A DNA stretch of 64,000 nucleotides from an uncultured Bdellovibrionales bacterium. Its GTDB lineage: Bacteria > Patescibacteriota > Minisyncoccia > Moranbacterales > GWC2-37-73. The position numbers and the translations under genes were made by a program. Shown here piece after piece: positions 59,410 to 64,000 of the stretch. Under the pieces are notes generated by a model. It was not told the origin of the DNA. It saw nothing but the letters and a program-made list of their open reading frames with translations, and searched no databases. The stretch's first letter is position 1. Each line of letters opens with the position of its first letter. The stretch is from positions 4,173 to 68,172 of the forward strand of contig CAZCMV010000002.1 in assembly GCA_964500125.1 (NCBI GenBank). The letters are read 5' to 3'.

Positions 59410-59566
59410 ACGATATTGTCTTAAATTTCTAATTTCCAATATCTAATTTCTAAACAGTGATCAAATTCCAATGTCCAAATGTTTAAAACAGATTGGTTTT
59501 TTTACATCTGAAATTTGATTTTTTAGGATTTAGTATTTTGGATTTAGTGTTTTAATACGATATTGT
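59410..59566. mobile_element. MITE-like 137-bp hairpin with 10-bp flanking direct repeat
   Basis: ACGATATTGT at 59410-59419 and 59557-59566 flanks inverted 7-mer arrays. Confidence 0.65.
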
Positions 59567-59655
59567 ATCTACGACGCACTAGCAAAAGCTTTTTAATTGT
59601 TAGTAACTGTATGTAGTGTGTCTTAAAAAGGCTTTTTTGTCAATCCAAATGCATA

Positions 59656-59700
59656 GAGTGACTCCAATATACCAATTTGCACTCTAATGACTCGAATAAA
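59656..59700. repeat. Left-arm copy of the 35525-35643 element
   Basis: gagtgactccaatataccaatttgcactctaatgactcgaataaa versus gagcgactctaatacgctaatttgtcaccctaatgactctaataaa. Confidence 0.8.
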
Positions 59701-59766
59701 ATCAAAAAGAACGCACCTAAGCGCTCTTTTATCTAAAACCTAGAACTTAGAACCTAAAATCAGAAC

Positions 59767-60264
59767 CTAGATCAAAAACTTCTTCTTATTTTCCGATAAA
59801 TTGGTGAAGTCATCCAGAGATTCTATCAGTTTGACACTGGTGCTTTCCAGAAAGGCCATACCTTCTACTCGGCAGCCAGTAGTACTTTGGACGTATTGTA
59901 CAACGGGAACATAATCTCCGTCACCGGAAATAAGCACTATTGCATCAAGACTTTTAGACATTTTGATGGCGTCAACGGCAATTCCCACGTCCCAATCCCC
60001 TTTCTTTTGTCCGCCGGGAAAAACTTGCAAGTCTTTCGTTTTTACTTCAAAACCTTGCTTTTCTAATGCTTCAAAGAATTTTTCTTCCTGACCTTCAATA
60101 GTGCGGATGCCATAAGCAATGGCGCGAATGAATTTTCTGTCAGCAATGGCTTCCTCAAGCACTTTGCCGAAGTTAACTTTCTTGCCATGAATAGCTTTGG
60201 CGCTATAGTAGAGGTTTTGAATGTCCACAAGTACGCCAACGCGCTGCTCTTTTAGTTTAATCAT
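59767..60264 (-). CDS. NYN-domain (LabA/DUF88, PIN-like) protein
   Basis: VDIQNLY, KKGDWDVGIAVD, SGDGDYVP. Confidence 0.93.
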   Translation of the reverse strand: MIKLKEQRVGVLVDIQNLYYSAKAIHGKKVNFGKVLEEAIADRKFIRAIAYGIRTIEGQEEKFFEALEKQGFEVKTKDLQVFPGGQKKGDWDVGIAVDAIKMSKSLDAIVLISGDGDYVPVVQYVQSTTGCRVEGMAFLESTSVKLIESLDDFTNLSENKKKFLI

Positions 60265-60368
60265 ATAAAATTCAGCTTACATTTATTTCTTACAAAATAG
60301 AGCACGGATATCTTTACAGTAAATCCGTGCCCCGTGATAATCCGTTTCTTATCCGTGCAAATCAGCAC

Positions 60369-60638
60369 CTATCCTTTCAGACCAAGCTCCTTAACGATCT
60401 TCTTGTATGTCTTTTCGTCGGTTTTTGCAAGATAAGCCATTAATTTCCTTCTTTTGGCAACCATTTTGAGTAGGCCGCGGCGGGAATGGAAATCTTTTTT
60501 GTTCTTTTTAAGGTGAGAAGTAAGCTTTTTGATCTTCTCGGTGAACAAAGCAATCTGATATTCCGGAGAACCGGTGTCTTTTTCGTGACGTTTTACAGGG
60601 TCAGTCACTTTTACCTTTTGCTTGTGTGTAAGTGCCAT
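60369..60638 (-). CDS. rpsO: 30S ribosomal protein S15
   Basis: [23 protein letters not shown]. Confidence 0.98.
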   Translation of the reverse strand: MALTHKQKVKVTDPVKRHEKDTGSPEYQIALFTEKIKKLTSHLKKNKKDFHSRRGLLKMVAKRRKLMAYLAKTDEKTYKKIVKELGLKG

Positions 60639-60777
60639 AGCGTTTGGTGCGATACATGAGTTTTGGTATAAATTTTGCCTTTATTTTGGCAAAAATAAGC
60701 CGAAAACCAATGTATGCTTGATTAATGATGCTAAAATGATAACACGGTTGTTCGAATTTGGCAATATTTAATAAAAA

Positions 60778-60803
60778 ACAGAACCGCCGCAAGGCGGTTC
60801 TGT
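60778..60803 (-). terminator. Terminator after gyrA
   Basis: ACAGAACCGCC-GCAA-GGCGGTTCTGT with U tail on the minus strand. Confidence 0.85.
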
Positions 60804-60808
60804 GAGAT

Positions 60809-63274
60809 TTATAATACTGCTGATGCGGATATCTTGTCTCCCGGCTGGGGTTTCATGATGCGTACCCCTTGGGTGGCGCGACCGAGGACGGAAATACTTT
60901 TGAGCGGGATGCGGATGATCTGCCCTTGTTCGGAGGTAATCAACAAGTCACCTTCGATATCGTCCACATTGATGATGTTCGCTCCGGCAAGGCGTCCTGT
61001 TTTGGAAGTGACACTGGCTGTCTTGATACCACTGCCGCCGCGTTTTTGAATTTTATAGAATTTGACATCAGTGCGTTTGCCATAACCGTTTTCAGTGATG
61101 ATTAGAAGCTGATTTCCTTGCTGCTGTTTGAGCATTGCATCCATGCCGACAACATAGTCGCTTCCCTTCAGCTTGATGCCGCGTACACCGGCGGCGCTTC
61201 GTCCCATCGGGCGCACATCTGTTTCTTTGAAGCGAATCGCTTGACCTTGGGAAGTGGAGATGTTGATTTCATCGGTGCCACTGGTTGGTTTGACCCAGTT
61301 GAGGGTGTCGCCTTTTTCCAAAGTGATGGCGATAAGGCCGCTTCTTCTCACGTTGTCGAAATCTTCAATCTTAGTTTTTTTCACCACACCCATGCGAGTT
61401 GTCATGAAGAAAAATTTGTATCCATCATCTTTGTTATAAGGAATCATGGCTGTAATTTTTTCTTCAGGGGATATTTGCAAGAAATTGACAATTGCCTGAC
61501 CTTTTGCTGTTCTGGATGATTCGGGAATTTCATATGCTTTCGTTTGGAAGACTTTGCCAGTGTCGGTAAAAAACATCAAATTATCATGAGCCATAACGCT
61601 AGTTACTTGTTCAATGATGTCACCTTCTCTTGTTGTTGCTCCAATTACCCCTTTACCTCCGCGTTTTTGCACCTTATACACCGTTGGGTTCATGCGCTTA
61701 ATATATCCGTCTTGGGAAAGTGTGATAATCGCTTCTTCGTTCGGAATTAAGTCTTCTTGCTTGAATTCTTTGATACCGGTTTTCATAAAGCGCGTTTTTC
61801 TTTCGTCGCCATATTTTTCTTTGAGTGCGATGAGTTCATCTTTGACAACGCCCAAAATCTTTTTTGGATCTTTGAGTAATTCTTCAAGTTTGGCAATGAG
61901 TTTTAATTTTTCATCCAACTCGTCTTCGATCTTTTTTCTTTCCAGGCCTGCCAGGGTTTGCAAGCGCATTTCCAAAATAGCGCTGGCTTGAATTTCGGAG
62001 AGCTTGAATTTTTTCATCAAATTCTCATGTGCTATTTCCTTGGTCGAAGATTTCTTTATTGTTTCAATAACTGCGTCAATGTGGTCCAGCGCAGTTTTCA
62101 ATCCTTCAAGTATATGTGCGCGTTCTTTTGCTTTTTTGAGATCATATTGAGTGCGGCGCGTTACCACGTTTTGGCGGTGTGTGATGTGGTGTTCCAAAAT
62201 CGCTTTGAGGCTGAGAATTTGCGGATCGATTCCGTCAACCAAAGCAAGCATGTTTACGTTGAAATTCTTTTGTAAATCCGTAACGGCAAAAAGCTTGTTC
62301 AAGATCTTTTGCGGGAAAGCGTCTTTCTTGAGTTCAATCACAATACGTACGCCATCTTTGCTTGATTCATCACGCAGATCTTTGATGCCTATCAATTTAC
62401 CTTCTTTGACTAAATCGGCAATTTTAGAAATAAGAGTCGCCTTGTTAGTGGCATAGGTAATTTCGCTAACAATGATTTGAAATGCGCCAGCCTTTGTTTC
62501 CACAATTTCTGTTTTGGCGCGGGTTACGATTTTTCCTTTACCTGTTGAATAAGCCTCTTTAATCTCAGGAGAGTTGTAAATGATACCGCCGGTTGGAAAA
62601 TCTGGACCTTTCACGAATTGCATTAAATCATCAACCGTAGCATCTGGATTATCAATGAGGTGTCCGATTGCATCAACGAGTTCGCCCAAATTGTGTGGCG
62701 GAATGTTGGTGGCCATGCCTACAGCGATACCCATCGTTCCATTCAAAAGAAGTTGCGGAAGTTTAGCGGGAAGTACCACTGGTTCTTTATGCACGCCATC
62801 AAAGTTAGGCACAAAGTCAACCGTGTCTTTTTCAATATCAAAAAGCATTTCCTCGGCAATATGTTGCAACTTTGCTTCTGTGTAACGGTAAGCAGCAGCA
62901 CTGTCTCCATCCATAGAACCGAAGTTTCCTTGTCCCCAGACCAACGGATAGCGCATGGAAAAATCTTGGGCCAAACGTACCATCGAATCATAAACAGCAC
63001 CATCGCCGTGCGGATGATATTTTCCCAACACCTCACCGACCACAGTGGCGGACTTGCGAAATTTGGCATTTGGACGCAAGCCACTATCCCACATTGAGTA
63101 GAGAATGCGGCGATGTACTGGCTTGAGACCATCGCGTACGTCAGGTAGAGCGCGCGAAACGATCACGCTCATTGCATAATCAAGATATGATTGTTGCACT
63201 TCTTGTGTGAGGGTGCGTGGCTGGATGTTTTCTTGGTGGAATTCCAGAGAGTTCTGTTTGATATTCTTTGCCAT
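60809..63274 (-). CDS. gyrA: DNA gyrase subunit A
   Basis: YHPHGD, AAYRYTE catalytic Tyr, GyrA-box QKRGGKG; start taken at MAKNIK. Confidence 0.97.
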   Translation of the reverse strand: MAKNIKQNSLEFHQENIQPRTLTQEVQQSYLDYAMSVIVSRALPDVRDGLKPVHRRILYSMWDSGLRPNAKFRKSATVVGEVLGKYHPHGDGAVYDSMVRLAQDFSMRYPLVWGQGNFGSMDGDSAAAYRYTEAKLQHIAEEMLFDIEKDTVDFVPNFDGVHKEPVVLPAKLPQLLLNGTMGIAVGMATNIPPHNLGELVDAIGHLIDNPDATVDDLMQFVKGPDFPTGGIIYNSPEIKEAYSTGKGKIVTRAKTEIVETKAGAFQIIVSEITYATNKATLISKIADLVKEGKLIGIKDLRDESSKDGVRIVIELKKDAFPQKILNKLFAVTDLQKNFNVNMLALVDGIDPQILSLKAILEHHITHRQNVVTRRTQYDLKKAKERAHILEGLKTALDHIDAVIETIKKSSTKEIAHENLMKKFKLSEIQASAILEMRLQTLAGLERKKIEDELDEKLKLIAKLEELLKDPKKILGVVKDELIALKEKYGDERKTRFMKTGIKEFKQEDLIPNEEAIITLSQDGYIKRMNPTVYKVQKRGGKGVIGATTREGDIIEQVTSVMAHDNLMFFTDTGKVFQTKAYEIPESSRTAKGQAIVNFLQISPEEKITAMIPYNKDDGYKFFFMTTRMGVVKKTKIEDFDNVRRSGLIAITLEKGDTLNWVKPTSGTDEINISTSQGQAIRFKETDVRPMGRSAAGVRGIKLKGSDYVVGMDAMLKQQQGNQLLIITENGYGKRTDVKFYKIQKRGGSGIKTASVTSKTGRLAGANIINVDDIEGDLLITSEQGQIIRIPLKSISVLGRATQGVRIMKPQPGDKISASAVL

Positions 63275-63398
63275 TATTATTGAATTTTGCTCGGCACAGA
63301 AATTCAGCAAAAGAATCTCATCTGCAGAGCTTTTAAATTATTTTTAAATCAAGTGTGTGTTTATTTCGGAGCTTTATTTGTAATTTGTCTCGTCATTA

Positions 63399-63788
63399 TC
63401 ATTGAGGATAGTCAGTAGACTTTTTTGTAGAGATAGAATCGGATGTTTTTTGAAAGTCTTCTTGTTCTTCTGGTTGTTCTGAATTTATGGATTGGTCTTT
63501 GTTTTCCGTCGGTAATACGCCTTCTGACGAAAAGTTTGTTTGTTCTAAATCAGCTTGTTGAGGGAGTAGCTCCGAAATGGAATGTGTATTTTCAGTGGCT
63601 TCTTTAATATCTTCTTTTATTTTTAATAAATCTTTAACTGAATTTTCTTGATGAAACATTGAACGAACTGAAATAACCCAAATTCCGATGACAAATATCA
63701 TACAGACACTTACAAAACCCCAAGCATATTTAAGGCGTATATTTTCTGGCATTGAGTGTATCTCTTCTATTTTTTTGTTGATATTCAT
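63399..63788 (-). CDS. Single-TM hypothetical protein
   Basis: MNINKKIEEIHSMPENIR, a TM helix, then an acidic tail. Confidence 0.7.
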   Translation of the reverse strand: MNINKKIEEIHSMPENIRLKYAWGFVSVCMIFVIGIWVISVRSMFHQENSVKDLLKIKEDIKEATENTHSISELLPQQADLEQTNFSSEGVLPTENKDQSINSEQPEEQEDFQKTSDSISTKKSTDYPQ

Positions 63789-63861
63789 AGCCACACAGTG
63801 CGAAATTTCGTGAAATAAGTACGCGAAACTACGCAAAAAATATAAATCCTTATCTCATTAA

Positions 63862-63999
63862 TCAAGCCTCGGGATTCATGCGGACAACATCCACATGTCT
63901 TCCTTCCAGATCCTTCTTTTTAATGGTAAGTTTGGACACAAGCTCTTTCGGGAAAGATCCTATTTCTTCACAAAATTTTGTTTCATCTGCGACATCTAA
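63862..63999 (-). CDS. C-terminal end of a protein running off the window end
   Basis: Open frame ...LDVADETKFCEEIGSFPKELVSKLTIKKKDLEGRHVDVVRMNPEA*; identity not recognisable. Confidence 0.5.
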   Translation of the reverse strand, partial: LDVADETKFCEEIGSFPKELVSKLTIKKKDLEGRHVDVVRMNPEA

Positions 64000-64000
64000 A

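Noticed and set aside
59371-59439. N-terminal extension of PNPase in the ORF track (likewise for dnaA, tsaE, mutM, gyrA)
   Set aside because: Extensions start at non-ATG codons or inside repeat or regulatory DNA; family-like sequence begins at downstream ATGs.
984-63132. Antisense or overlapping ORFs in the track (e.g. 984-1802, 8876-9616, 58342-59173, 62660-63097)
   Set aside because: Shadow frames of well-identified genes, with no motifs of their own.
1560-63835. Short repeat arrays as CRISPR
   Set aside because: Units are 7-10 nt, degenerate and contiguous, with no unique spacers and no cas genes.
1-64000. Alternative genetic code (UGA=Gly, as in Gracilibacteria)
   Set aside because: Conserved genes are full length under code 11 and some (lexA, dciA) end in TGA at expected positions.
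63862-64000. gyrB C-terminus upstream of gyrA
   Set aside because: The translated fragment lacks GyrB C-terminal motifs (LMG..V..RR.FI).

Overview
Chromosomal window from an AT-rich, small-genome bacterium. Gene content, reduced proteins (half-size TsaB, short S1), T4SS-type pilins and scarce Shine-Dalgarno sites suggest Patescibacteria/CPR (Parcubacteria-like); this is inference, not a database result. Genetic code 11. Core genes: ftsK (partial), lexA, rpoBC, ftsH-tilS-gmk, rpsA, tsaE, polA-mutM, holA, rpsT, dnaA-dnaN-dciA, rpmH-rnpA-yidC-jag, lspA, dksA-like, yraN, pnp, rpsO, gyrA, tRNA-Gly and tRNA-Val. Accessory parts: a surface-glycan locus (flippase, two GT2, two O-antigen-ligase-like) converging on a secreted-protein operon. 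Most notable: (1) two VirB2-like pilin genes share a 368-bp near-identical 5' block but carry different peptidoglycan-hydrolase C-termini (NlpC/P60 and lytic transglycosylase-like); (2) an unannotated ~500-nt structured RNA candidate with its own sigma70 promoter lies upstream of yraN; (3) the probable oriC is at ~53.7-54.1 kb, about 15 kb from dnaA; (4) small hairpin elements built of 7-9-nt repeats are scattered through the window, one in-frame in tsaE, one with a 10-bp target duplication in the pnp leader, and one carrying a palindrome nested in itself.
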